From contig CATNEN010000001.1 of NCBI GenBank assembly GCA_950097015.1, positions 6,014,001 through 6,078,000 on the forward strand: a stretch of DNA of 64,000 bases. Reading direction: 5' to 3'. The position numbers and the translations under genes were made by a program. The notes below the pieces were generated by a model. The model saw only the letters and a list, made by a program, of their open reading frames with translations, made no database searches and was not told the origin of the DNA. Shown here piece after piece: positions 1 through 12,267 of the stretch. The first letter of the stretch is position 1, and every line of letters starts with the position of its first letter. The DNA comes from Macrostomum hystrix. Taxonomy: Eukaryota; Animalia; Platyhelminthes.

Positions 1-2553
1 ACTCAATAAAATCATGCTAACTTGAAAATACATTATTGCAGTCGATATTAAGGGCCAAGTTATCAGCATCAATGAAAGCTAGTCTCAATATCGAAGTAGA
101 ATTTTATGACTACTGTATTTTTCTTTCTTTTTTTCGAAACTATTCATGCTGCGTGTACTTCATATCTGCGACCTCCGATATATGTTAAAAAGCAGCAAAT
201 TCAAACCATAGTATGGACTTCATGTTTCGAAAAATGATGCGGACTTATTCGACTTGGCCGATCTTTCCCGTTTGAAAATCAGTGTATGTATACTTAATAT
301 ATGTTCATGCACGTTCATGCACGTGGTGCTTTGTAGGCTAATTAAGGTCACTTATTCCATTTCTTCTCGCATCCGTTATCTCTTAAGAGTCGGAATCTTA
401 ATAGGTCATTTTCGCCTATTTTATGATGTTTTTTCTTTTCAGGTCGAGACGTAATTGCTTTGGCATGGGTTTTGACTTTGCGATGTGTAGATCAATCAAA
501 GTCATCATTCTAAGCTGTTGATCTAAATTTTCGAATTTGACTTTCCTTGCTTCTCTTCTCTTACCTCAATTTACACCGACTTCACTTGCTTCACTACAAG
601 TAATTACCATATTAGATAAATGATGATGTAATTTTCTTTTTCCTAAGTCAGTCTCAAAGCTAATGCTTATTCTGGCAGCGTCTGAATCGATTGCAATGTC
701 TGTCAGCCAGTGTTTTAGCCCAGTTAAGAGCACAGAACTAACCACTAAACAAAGAGTCTTAGGAAGTGCTTAGGAAGTCGCTGTTATTCCCTATAGGCTA
801 CCCCCAAATGAGCATGTAGAGATAGAGACAGAAGACATATTTTCCCATTTGATCTTCTTCACTAGAAAGATGTACAGTGCATGATTTGTTTACATTTTAG
901 AGTAGCGCTTTAAGTTAGTCTTTGTAGCTATGTACATGTACATGTACATTTAGGAGATGAGCTGAGGTGACAAATTCTTGTTGTTACCACCCCATCCCAC
1001 AAACCTCTTACCTTAATTTTCGATTCAGTGTGTCAGTCTTTGTTCAGTTTTCTTTGTTCTTTGTACAATGAACGCAAAATCTTTGGTGGGGTGTTCAGCT
1101 ATGCTAATAGCAATATTATAACTTTGCTGAGTAAACTATAAGCAATAGCTAAGTTTTCTGGTTACCATACAATATTCGTTGTGGGATCCAATTTCCAAAT
1201 CTCAGGGTGCTTTAACATGAAGAATTGGTAAGATATAAAATGGCCTTGGAAGACCTAGCCGGAGGGGGGAGGGTGCGAAATTGTGCCCAAAAATCGATAA
1301 TATTCTCTCTTACGCTAGCCTAAATTTAGCTGAGTAAATGTACATGCAAGTCCTAGTGAGGCTGGTCCCTGACTCGCTCATACGACCTTATCTTTTGACA
1401 TTTTATGGGCAGTCAAGTCTAATGTACATTAAAAAGGTGGGGTTAAAATAAAAAATCGATAACTTGCCATTGGATACGGTAGGCTATAGAGGGGGTTTGG
1501 GGGCAAAATAATCAACCCCACGCCCTAAGCAAAGTTAAAGCCGAAAGCCACAACCCCACTCCACTGAAGTAATCGTACAGTTGGGGTGGAACAGCCAATT
1601 GAGGGCTAGCCAGAATCGAAGGCACGAAGGACAGAAGGGGCAGGAAAGTAAAGAGGTTATGCGTCACTAGACTGAGTGAGTGGCCGCGGGAGGCACTGGG
1701 TATGCTGAAGGAAAGATAGGCGTGCGGGCGGACGAAATGAGCTATGCATACAGAGAGAGAGATAGAGGGGGGAGGGTTTTCCAGAAGCGAAGGGTTAGTG
1801 TTTTCTGTTGAGCGTGCATGTTCGCAGTGTACATTCAGACTGGAGTTTCCCCGCTTCTTCATACAGGGTAGGATATTCAAACGTAGAAAGCTCGATTTTA
1901 TTTATTGTAGCGACAATATGTTTGGTGATGGTCTGTCGTTGATAAACTTTCTTCGATTGTTTATTATTTTACCTGCAATTCAAATAAGCTTGATAAATAT
2001 ACATGGCGCAAGATCCTCGGTTGGTTCTGGACCAGGCTTTTTTGAATAGGGTAGTCTGCTCTGAACTGCACTCAAACAATTCACAACATAAGCGTATTAT
2101 AAAAAACAATAAGCATAAGTATATTGCATTTCTTATATTTGTTTCTTCCTATGCAATATGGCCCATTTCAGATTTGTTCGCTTGCACAATCCTACAACAG
2201 TGTAATATTGGAAAGTAGGCCTACACTATTAGTTGCCATTGGGCACATGATTAATCGTTTATAACTGGATTTTTATGCTTTAGAGTGTACACATACTAAA
2301 GTACCATTAAATTTTAACTGTACATAGGATTAGGAACTGAGGAGCAACAAATACTTTAATTTAATATAAGCACACAAAACAACTAACGAATAAGTCATTA
2401 ATACCGTCATTAAAATAAGAGTAAGATGGTAAAATTTAAGACAAACAATATATAACTTAAGAGGCCAAGATAAACGAAATCAAGAACGCAAAGTAGGGTT
2501 GGCAAGTCTTAAGAGAGGTTAGGGCCCAGATTTTTTCAGATACATTAGCCTAT

Positions 2554-2869
2554 AGAGAGGTTGTAGCCTAGTGGTTAGGGCGTCGGACTCACGACTTGAA
2601 GGTCGGGGGTTCGATTCCCGACTCCACTGGAACAATTTGCGTCCTTTAGCAAGACACTTAACTCTGCATTGCTTCAGTTCACCCAGCTGTTAAATGGGTA
2701 CCAGCATCAGCTGGGATAATTGAAGGTGGGTGTGGCGTCCCCCCAGTCCGTGGACTGAACAGCTGTACGCAGCCTTCAGATGCGCCGCGCATTAGCTGCG
2801 GCAGTGCTGTCGGCTGCACACCTGACCCAATTGGGGCAGGTGTAATCAATTATTAAAATTATCAATTTA
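2554..2869 (+). mobile_element. tRNA-derived SINE with CORE-like central domain, intact copy 1
   Basis: Pol III A box (TAGCCTAGTGG) and B box (GGTTCGATTCC); central GTCCTTTAGCAAGACACTTAACTCTGCATTGCTTCAGTT...CTGTTAAATGGG resembles the MIR/CORE domain; 3' hairpin ACACCTG..CAGGTGT and AT-rich tail; 10-bp TSD ATTAGCCTAT at 2544-2553 and 2870-2879; near-identical copy at 4185-4500. Confidence 0.9.
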
Positions 2870-4184
2870 ATTAGCCTATGCTATGGGCAATGGGCCATTG
2901 CTAAAGCATTTGGACTAGTCTTCAGTTTAGAACATAATTCAGTTCGGGGCTCTATATAATTTATAGTCCATGTGCATTGCCCATGTTGCTGCTTTTCTTG
3001 GCTGTGCTGATTATGACCGACGATAGTATCTATTTATAGCTTCGGCTGAATCACTTCAGCAATGAGCATTCAAATGGTATTAAAGCGGATAAAATTAATT
3101 AAGACAGATAAATCGTATTAATGCAAAATTAATCCAAAAAATAATGTAAAATGCTAACTAGGGTAAGAGAGCAAACTCACCAAAGTGATAAGGCTGAATT
3201 GTAGTTCCCAGGTTTATGCTGAGTGAAGGTCGCTGCTCGCGTTCCTATGAATTTCACTGTACAGTTGCTGTCTGGCTTGCCATGCACACTTGGTCGGGCA
3301 CATAAGAAGAGGGTGAGAGGGGTAGAAATTATTGATCGAAACAAGGCGGGGTCTAGCAGCCTTCTCTCATTGGCTAGCCCTGAGCTTGCTTTGTGCTGGT
3401 TAGTTTATCGATTTTCTAGCCCAACTGCAACCTCAACCAATGTGCTTATTATTGCAAAGCTCCTTCGATGCTTAGGGAAGAAGTATAAGCCGCGTTTCTG
3501 TAACTGTTGTTTGGCCTTTTCTATGATTCGTAGGTCGTCAAATGAACATTTTAGGAGGGGTTGGGCTCTCTAACCCCTAGAAGAGAGAGTTGGAAGGAAG
3601 GAAAGGGGAGTTGAATAGATAAATAAAGCAGCGGAGGGTTAGTGTGCCAACCCCATTTTCCTTAATGTACACTGTATCTCGTTCACACAGCTGTCTGCCT
3701 CTCCCGAGGAGAGAGGGGAATCCATTTTCACTGTACACAGTCTAACCAAAAGCTCTGCTTCTTTTCTTTATCCGAGTCCAAATGTTCAAACCCTCTATCG
3801 CTTTCTTCGCTGTTACAATTTATTACCATTACCAATGTCTCTTAAGTTGCTTCTTTCGATTGCTCAATTTAGAATTAAATAGTTGCAATCGTTATTTAAT
3901 ATTTAATACGCTTGCTCAGTTTCTATTTTTTTGTATCACAAAATAATGGACTGTACTGTGTGTGCACTGTACGCTCGGAGCGCATCCGTGGTTCTAAATG
4001 AATGAGCCTTTTATGAGCGACATGTTTTTTTCGAAGAAAAAAAACTTTGCTCAAACAAAATTTACTCGTTTTCTAATCCAGTCTACTTTCTCCGCATTTT
4101 AAGTAATTGCTGACTGATGGGTATACGAGCATAAGTTGTCATGCATACGCGCTCGTATCGTATTCGTGGAATAAGACTTAGTAA

Positions 4185-4500
4185 GGAGGTTGTAGCCTAG
4201 TGGTTAGGGCGTCGGACTCACGACTTGAAGGTCGTGGGTTCGATTCCCGACTCCACTGAAATAATTTGTGTCCTTTAGCAAGACACTTAACTCTGCAGTG
4301 CTTCAGTTCAACCAGCTCTTAAATGGGTACCAGCATGAGCTGGGATAATTGAAGGTGGGTGTGGCGTCCCCCCAGTCCATAGACTGAACAGCTGTACACA
4401 GTCTTCAGATGCGCCGCGCAATAGCTGCGGCGGTGCTGTCGGCTGCACATCTGGCCCGGATGGCGGCAGGTGTAATCAATTATTAATTTAATTAAAATTC
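4185..4500 (+). mobile_element. tRNA-derived SINE with CORE-like central domain, intact copy 2
   Basis: Highly similar to 2554-2869 over its whole length; 15-bp TSD AATAAGACTTAGTAA at 4170-4184 and 4501-4515. Confidence 0.92.
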
Positions 4501-5363
4501 AATAAGACTTAGTAAACAAGCATATTGTACGTTCGTACGTACGTACTACGTAGGTGTTTATAAAGGAGTTTTTCGCGACTCGCGAATTCAAATTCTAAAT
4601 TATATTTTAAACATTTACTTTTTTATTTTTGTATCTGTTGTCAGAAACAGTAGTAACTATCCGCAATATGATTAGAATTGGAATGTCTTAATATTGTTTA
4701 TATCCAGTAGTGATTAAATCCGCGTTTATAGCTTACTGTAGCCTGTAGCCATCCTAGCCTGTGAAGCACCCTTCATTGATATTTTGTACACGTATAATAA
4801 ACCAATTCTAAAAAATTCACCATTCTTTGTCCATTACATAGTACCCTTAATACGAGTATGAGTATATCAAATTAGATCATCCAGCGAAAGGAAAAGCAAG
4901 AAATCTGTAAAAATTTGCCGAGTCGAAGTGCGTGAAAGAAAAAGAGCTGAATAGAGAATTAATCTAAACAATATGTTGATGGCAAAATACGAAAACATGT
5001 TATGTCTGTCTTAAAGTTTTACTCTTAGTCTTTAGTGCATCAGCGTCAGAAAGAAAGGCGAACAAGAAGCAAAACAAGCCGTGCACTTATTTTTTTGGCT
5101 GAAAGCTCTTGCATTGTATTTGTACTGTACTGTACGCAATGTAGTTCACGATGCAACTTGTACATTCACTAGATTTACTTCAACTTTTCCGACATGCAAC
5201 TTTTCGTTTTAGTATAGCAAAACGACGGAATGCAAAAGTCGATGGTAATGGTATAAAGTGGGTGGGTGCACGTAGTATCACGATCACGATGCATTATGGG
5301 TTCGTACTTCGTATGTAATGAATATATGCAGTCACCTGTAGGCACAGTTTAAAAATTACCTCA

Positions 5364-8300
5364 TCATAGCGGCCTTATTTTCATGTGGATGGACTTCAGT
5401 GAATAATGCGGCCCTTTCCAAGTCTTCCAGACGATGCCGTCGCAACGCTTGTCGGGAATTTTACCACCTTTGTAGTAATGACCCGTGGGATTGGCTCGAT
5501 AGCACGAAAAGTACCAGAAGCCACCGCGGAAGCGTTTTGCACAGTTTCCGCCGAACTTTTTGTCGACCAAATCGTTGTCCAAGTCGTAAGTGCTGAATGA
5601 AGCATTTGAATGGCTGCTTAATGAATCGCCGACGCTCGCGTCGCCATGAAAGCGGTCCACGTGAAGTTGGTAGTTGTACTGGCTTCCTAATACAACGAAT
5701 CTCTCGTAGTTGACATGCTTTAATGTGCCTTCCCAATCTTCCAACTCAACCCAGAGTCTGTAGTGACGCTGTGAAGTCAACTCGGCCAGTGCATCCAGTC
5801 CGATAAAGTGCTCTCCCGATGGTTCTGGAAAGATTGGCGCATTCGGGGAGAAATGTTTGTTCAAAAAGTGAGCAGTTAAAGTAATTACTTAAAATATATA
5901 TCTTTGTTTTTTTAATTATAATAATCAATACATTTGTTTAATAAAGAGGGCAGTTCTATAAAGCTTGCGTATCCTTAAGTTCAAATTCAACTGCTGAATT
6001 TTACACAGCCGAGAATCCCGAGATCCGAGCAAAGACCGAAATTATCCTTCGGAGGCTTCATATTAAGATCCCACATCCCAGTTACTAGGTTTAAATTGAA
6101 TTGCACTTTTATATTGATTAGGCAAAAAAGTACAACTTAATGTACTATAAAAGTACAATTACTTTGTTTCAGCTACTTTGTTTTATGTGGATGGAATTGA
6201 GCTGGTGTTTGTAGAGGTATATATTATAGTTCCCATGTATTATTATATGCCCCGCCTAGCTAATAATTATTATACAGAAAAGTGGCATCAAAAACAAGAA
6301 ATTAACCAGAGATAAAACATCTGTCAATCTGCTTCACTCGATGTGTACTACTTGTGTACCGAAATCCGGTAAAAACTGGTTTCGCAACCAGCCAGGCCAC
6401 TGGCCCTATTTTGTGACGTCTATAATTGGGCGGAAAGATTGGGCGCTTCATTTCATTTTAGAAGACTTCTCTGCCCTCACATGACATCGGTAAACAACTC
6501 TCTTACCCCCAAAGCCTGGCCCGCCCACAGGTCATCTGCGTGTACATTCTTCGCGTACGATCTCTTACCCCGCGTTTAAAACCCCATATCACACACCCTG
6601 TGCGTGACACAAGTGTACATATTCTGAAGATGGCCTTAGTCAGACCTGTTTTCTATAATATCGAAAGTATAAATTATGTAAAAACAGCTAAAAGTGCGCT
6701 TGCATTTATATTTAATCACGATAGAATAGAAGGGGATCTTGAAGTATAGAATAATACCCCCTGCCTGATTTCGTTTCTTTCGTCTAGGAACGACTGAGGA
6801 CGCGTTTCTTGACCGAGGCAAAGTCGAGGCCCAGAAGCGCAGTATAATATTTCAGGGGGGTATTATATTATTTAATCATAAAGCTTGGTTTAATCGGCCT
6901 AGGCCGTTAAATGACTGGCTTAGGCCAGTTAAATAATAAATAAATCAAATTAATTGCCATTGGCCAATATGCCGGGCCAAGCTGGGGATTAAATTCTTAA
7001 TAATAATACGGACAAATGTTTATCGTGGCCCATGATTCCTTCATGTAAATTATAGAAAAAGTAAGAGTAGTAGAAGTGCCAAAACTAATTAACCTTCGCA
7101 CACGCAATAGCTTTATGGCCAAGCTAGCCTTAAAACCCTAGGTTCAATTTGGCTCAGATTTGTTGCAATGTTACCCCCTTTAACTTAACTCTAGCTCATT
7201 GTTTAGGGAGAGTGGCCACTGGCCAGTTACGAGTTCTGCTATACCTGTCTGCTATACTTCTTATTTGGGATTTTGGATTTTAGGGACTTTTTGGTTTGAC
7301 TTTTTGATACAACGGCGCGTTTTAGCTCTTTTCTATGCACTTAACCTAACTAATTCAACATTTCCATATAAGTTTATACATTGATGCAGATAAACGGTTC
7401 TTTAGAAACTATTTCTTTTAAAGGTTTCTAAGTTTCTTTTAAAGGGCTTTGGAAGCCCTTTGAATGCCTTTTACAGCGTTTGGACGTCAGGAGGACTGGA
7501 AACACCAGTTTGCCATACTGAGTTGTTAAAGTACTTCTCTGTTTTCTTTCCATACTCTCTTATCTTAAATTTCACAGAAATTCTCGAATAAGCACTATAT
7601 TTCCCCTTCTCTGCCTCTCATTCAGCATGACTGACGTTGAATGCATAGTTTAGTACATTTTCATGTCCTTAAATCTAGTACTTCAAGTAGACTTACGCAC
7701 GCGCAATTTAGAAAAAAATAACAATTCAAAGAACAAATATAAGTTTAATCACCACCGAATCCACTTTGATACGACGTCCAGTTTCGAAAGAAATCAGTTT
7801 GCCCATTGCTGCGACTCAGGATGTACGTCCAGCCTTCGTGTCGCATGTCGCAGCGAACCTGCGCCGTCGCGATACGGCCCAGATTGGCCGAGAAGACGCC
7901 GTCGCCGATGTCTCCCGGTTGATTCGGATGCTTAGCTCTCTCCTGAGCATAGATGTCTGAGCAGTCTGGAGTTAAGAAGTTCATATTAAATCATAATCAT
8001 TGCACTGAATGATGGGGATTCACAGTGTCTCACTGCATGATAAGGATTCACAGTATTCCACTGCATGATGAGAATTCACAGAATTGCACGGAATGATGAG
8101 GATTCACAGTATTTCACGGAATGATGAGGATTCACAGTATTGCACGGAATGATGAGGATTCACAGTATTGCACTGCATGATGAGGATTCACAGTATTGCA
8201 CGGAATGATGAGGATTCACAGTATTGCACTGCATGATGAGGATTCACAGTACTGCACGGAATGATGAGGATTCACAGTATTGCACTGCATGTTGGGGATT

Positions 8301-10703
8301 CACAGTGTCTCACTGCATGATGAGGATTCACAGTATTGCACGGAATGATGAGGATTCACAGTGTCCCATTCACAGTGTCCCACTGCATGATGAGGATCCA
8401 CAGTGTCCCACTGCACGATGAGGATCCACAGTGTCCCACTGCATGATGAGGATCCGTCTCTCTAGATAAGATTAAGCAGAACACAAAACACGAAAATTAC
8501 CATGAATCTTGAATTTTCCATCCAAATTAGGCAAAATTGCGTCCACAGTGTTAGGAAAGTATTGATGCTGGTGGAGGTGTTGTTGCCGATGATGCAACGC
8601 AGAATATTGCGGCAGCTGATGCATAGGAGGCATCGCTGGTAGAGCTGTTTGTTTGCAATCGCAGCCCTGCGTTTTGTTCTGCCGATTAGAAATCTGCCTT
8701 ATTCGCTTCTCAAGTTTGACAAGTTGGCTGTTCTGTCGCTTGCCTAAAGCTTCGAATCGCAAGCGAGTCTGGTTTAGCTGCTTCTCACACGCAGCCACCC
8801 GACCCAGCACTCTTGTCTCCAGTGTCTGGATTTGATTCTGCAATCGTCGATTAAGCCGCGCCATTTGAACTAACGCCAGAGACAATCTAGCTTCTAACTC
8901 GGTAAGGTTGGTCCTCAGTTCTACGTTTTGATCACTATTAGCAATAGTCATGTTGGTCACATGATCCAGCCGAGCGTCCACGAGGTTGATACTTCGAGAA
9001 AAATTGGCTCTTAACTCTGTTGAATCTCGAGCACTTCGCCTGCTTAGCAGGTTGTCGAAAAGTTTTTCAATGAACACCGAATGGCTCAGTATTTCTAGCT
9101 GCTTGGCAGCTGTATCTGCTCCATTAACCACAGGCCCCTGTGTCTTTGCTGACTCGTTCTTTACAGGTGCATCTTGTCGGCTTGGCTCACTGATAGCCTG
9201 CAATGTTTGATTCGTCCTATTGTTTACCTGCCTGCCTTGTGTATCCTGTCTTGCACGCGTTGGCAACTCATTTTCCTGCATCTCTCCGCCCGCTTTTAGT
9301 GCCGCTTCGGTCGCAGCTGCTTCCGCTGCTGCTGCAGCAGTGGCGCCAGAATTCAGGTAGCTCTCTTTGTCATCAATAAACTGCAGTTTATCAGCTATTT
9401 GCTTCATTGAATGCTCAGCTCTAGCAGTGTGTGACGTTTCGCTTTGAGCACAGGAAGGTGTACACGCCAGCAAACATATTTTGTGACTTACGTTGGCTAG
9501 AAGGCACTGACGACACGACAAGATAAGGCGCTTGAAATTGGTCACGAAGGTGTTAGATTCGGTCATATTTGTGGCTGAACTGTTTGTATGCTTATGCAGA
9601 AGGTTTCTAGTCTGCGTTCCATGGCTTTTAAAATTACTATAAGAGTTTTCGAGCTGTGTAACTTTTGAAACAGGAAAAAATACTTCGCAAAAGTGCGTGA
9701 AACTATTATTCACATGATGATGAGTGCAGCTTCCGCAGAGCGTCGTGATGTTTGGACCCATCGATCCCTTCAATTTTTTTTCTGATCTGTTTGTGTGAAT
9801 CGTGAAGTTTTTGTGGAATATGCGGCAAAACATACTCGATTGTGATCGCTCAAAAATTTTGGTTCTTGTTGTGAAGCATTTCTGCAGCATTAATCTTGGA
9901 TCCGTTATTATTTTAGTACTGTTTTCAGTACGATTTCGCCATGCAATACTTTCATCGGTTAGATTAGCATTTAAGTCTAGCTTCAACTCCTGTACGGCTT
10001 CTTGGCTTTGATTAGCGTTTTGAAACCCATCGACTGGAGGGGAAGCGTCTTGAGTTGTAGTCAGATTTTGATCTTTCGACAAAATGGTAGCGTTCTTCGG
10101 TGTAGATAAAGAGTCGCTTTGAGTTTCCTTGTTTTGCTCCTGCTGTTGCTCCCTTTGTTGGCTTTGTTGTTCTTGTTGCGCTTCAGTTTGGTGATTTATA
10201 TTGCTAGGATTCGCAGAAACATTGCTTTCCTCAACGGACGCTGCTCTTCCAAAATCCGAATTCGGGATCCGACCATCTTCCTCCCAGCGTTCAGGCGAAC
10301 GTCGGCCTCCTGAAGCTCCATCGATGGCATCTAGTAGTTTATCGTCGATTGAAGACGATCGTGGGGACGAATCCCTGTCGTCCTTGACGTCATCGTCTCT
10401 CTCACGATCGTTCTGTCGATTCTTTAATTCACGATTACTAATTTTGTACCGGCTTTGCTTAAATGGCCTATCAAGGTCAGCCTCCTTGTGTATGGCCCGA
10501 AGTACGGAGCATTTGATGAGCCTGTCTGATGATTGCAGACTCTGCAGAAGTCTGGTCTTAGCGTAACTAGATACGTCGAGTCTGTTTACAGGCGTGCCGT
10601 TGTCGCTTAGCCAGCGCTCCACATCACAGAGCTGCTCAATACAATGGCAGCAGACAACGCACCATATTGCGTAGAATATTATTCTCTTGAATATCTTCAG
10701 CAT
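5364..10703 (-). CDS. Secreted fibrinogen-related domain (FReD) protein, angiopoietin-like architecture, ~958 aa, 3 exons
   Basis: Exons 10703-8501, 7965-7753, 5824-5364; both introns GT-AG and phase 1, giving KIH-DCSDIY and GFG-EPSGEHFIG. Hydrophobic N-terminal signal-like peptide, long low-complexity and Cys-containing region, heptad coiled coil, then FReD motifs GWTYI..R, DFFRNW..Y..GFG, LWVELEDW, FSTYDLDND, NCA...GGFWY.SC..ANP.G.Y, GI.W..WKG..YSLK...MKIRP. Confidence 0.9.
6746..6872. mobile_element. Small MITE-like element in FReD intron 2
   Basis: Inverted ends ATAATACCCCCTG (6751-6763) and CAGGGGGGTATTAT (6853-6866) around a GC-rich core containing CCGAGGCAAAGTCGAGG; single copy in the window and no clear TSD. 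Confidence 0.4.
8000..8456. repeat. Intronic minisatellite, ~28-bp unit (CACAGTATTGCACGGAATGATGAGGATT)
   Basis: Tandem copies filling FReD intron 1. Confidence 0.95.
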
Positions 10704-12267
10704 GTCGTAATGGAGTAAAATAATTGTGAAGCGTGAGCTACGCGAGATTTCTATGATTGAGTAGCCGCAAATGCGTATTTATAGATAATAGGCCAAAGTT
10801 AAGTGTACAACGTGGTAATCTCCACCTACGCTTAGCTACGCTTCATTTATAGAGTTAGCAAAGCTGGTTGAATGACCGAGAATGGATAGCACAGGGAATT
10901 AGAGCCTCGGAGCTTAATTGCGCTTAGGAGCTTAAGGATTTCCTTGCCACGCATTCGTGCTGCAGCTGCTAGCTGTCGCCACAGTATATCACGGAGACCA
11001 TTGGCGAACGAATAGAAGCGAGACTTGTTGTTGGACAGGCAGGCAGTACAATCGGAGAGGCAGCGTTGAGTAGCGAGGGGCTTTAGCCAGGCAACAGCTG
11101 CAGCTCCCCAGTGACACGTCAGATGTCTGGTTGAGCGCGTGTGTTAGCTGCCGAAGAACAATAAACGGCTCGGGCTTTAAGGCCATGACTGCTGGCAATG
11201 TACACACGCTCCCCCCAGATCATACTTTGTCGGGCTCCAGAATTGACTTGCGCAGTACAGTCTGGGGTTGGCGGTGCCAAGCGTACGCCTAGAGGAGTTT
11301 GGGATAGAGAATAATGGAGACAGGGCTTGGGTGGATTGAAGGGATCCAATTTTAGGATTGAACGCGCCTAGCAATGCTGCAGTTGCAGGGCTAACTGGCG
11401 ATACACGTGGCAGAGGTTGATTGTATATGAATTTTAGCAGTCTGCGTAACATGATACAAGAGGAGGAGAGCTCTCATGGTCAGATTTCTCACAGATTTGA
11501 TCGCGTATGTTCTTTTACTAGAAAATAGTAGAACTCGGAGGTTATGTTCATTTTAAACACACTCGTATTCTATCCTAAATTCTTGAGATTCCCTAACCGA
11601 GACCTGGAAGAACGACTTTTAGAACTAAAACTTTTTCATTCTTCATTTTAGGGGAATCCTGTGAAAATAAAATATATAATTTTTCCTGTCACTCACAGCC
11701 AGAAGGAGGCCCATACAAGGTGTTTATTCCACCGACCCCTGAACATGCACAACCACACGCGGATACTTAATCAAGCACACACTCACACGTGTGCATATTT
11801 GACCTGAATTTCTCAGGCAGTTGAATCTATAAATGTAATTCATACGCAAGCCTCCGAGGCTACGCCCGAAATTACTGTCATCTCACCGTGGATTTGTAAA
11901 CGGTGACGTTGGTCATAAACTCGCTACATCATTCTGCTTTTAAATATAAATTGACGGGACCGTATAGGTGCGGTATTTTTGTTTTTGAACCTTCCATCTA
12001 AGCGCGAACACGTAACTAGCACAGTACTTACGCCTATGCGAGAATAACTGCCTTTAGTAGCTTATTACAGGACTGTGGTTCCATATTAAAGCACTATTTA
12101 ACTCTCTGCTTAACTATGCTTCCGTGTTATTGCCGACACAACGAGCATAAAATGAGAACGTATTTCCAACTACTCAAACTAGCTAAGCACTACAAAGAAA
12201 CATTCTATGTTAGTGGTTGCAAATATTTTGCTTTTAAGAGAAATAAAAAACTAACTCTAGCGGTAAA

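Noticed and set aside
2557-2630. Apparent tRNA-Val(CAC) gene (also at ~4185-4258)
   Set aside because: The anticodon and acceptor stems pair poorly, and the sequence continues into a shared 240-bp body with TSDs, so it is a SINE head
1200-3900. Short ORFs (1512-1880, 1744-2049, 3223-3573) and GTGTACA-containing segments
   Set aside because: No recognisable protein motifs or splice-consistent structure; probably old repeat debris whose boundaries I cannot define
8000-8456. ATGATGA motifs suggesting C/D snoRNAs or hammerhead ribozymes
   Set aside because: Antisense to the host intron, with no paired D box and no CUGAnGA...GAAA core with stems
10930-11480. GC-richer segment with three overlapping short minus-strand ORFs
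   Set aside because: No homology I can recognise and no convincing splice partners; may be UTR, regulatory or repeat sequence
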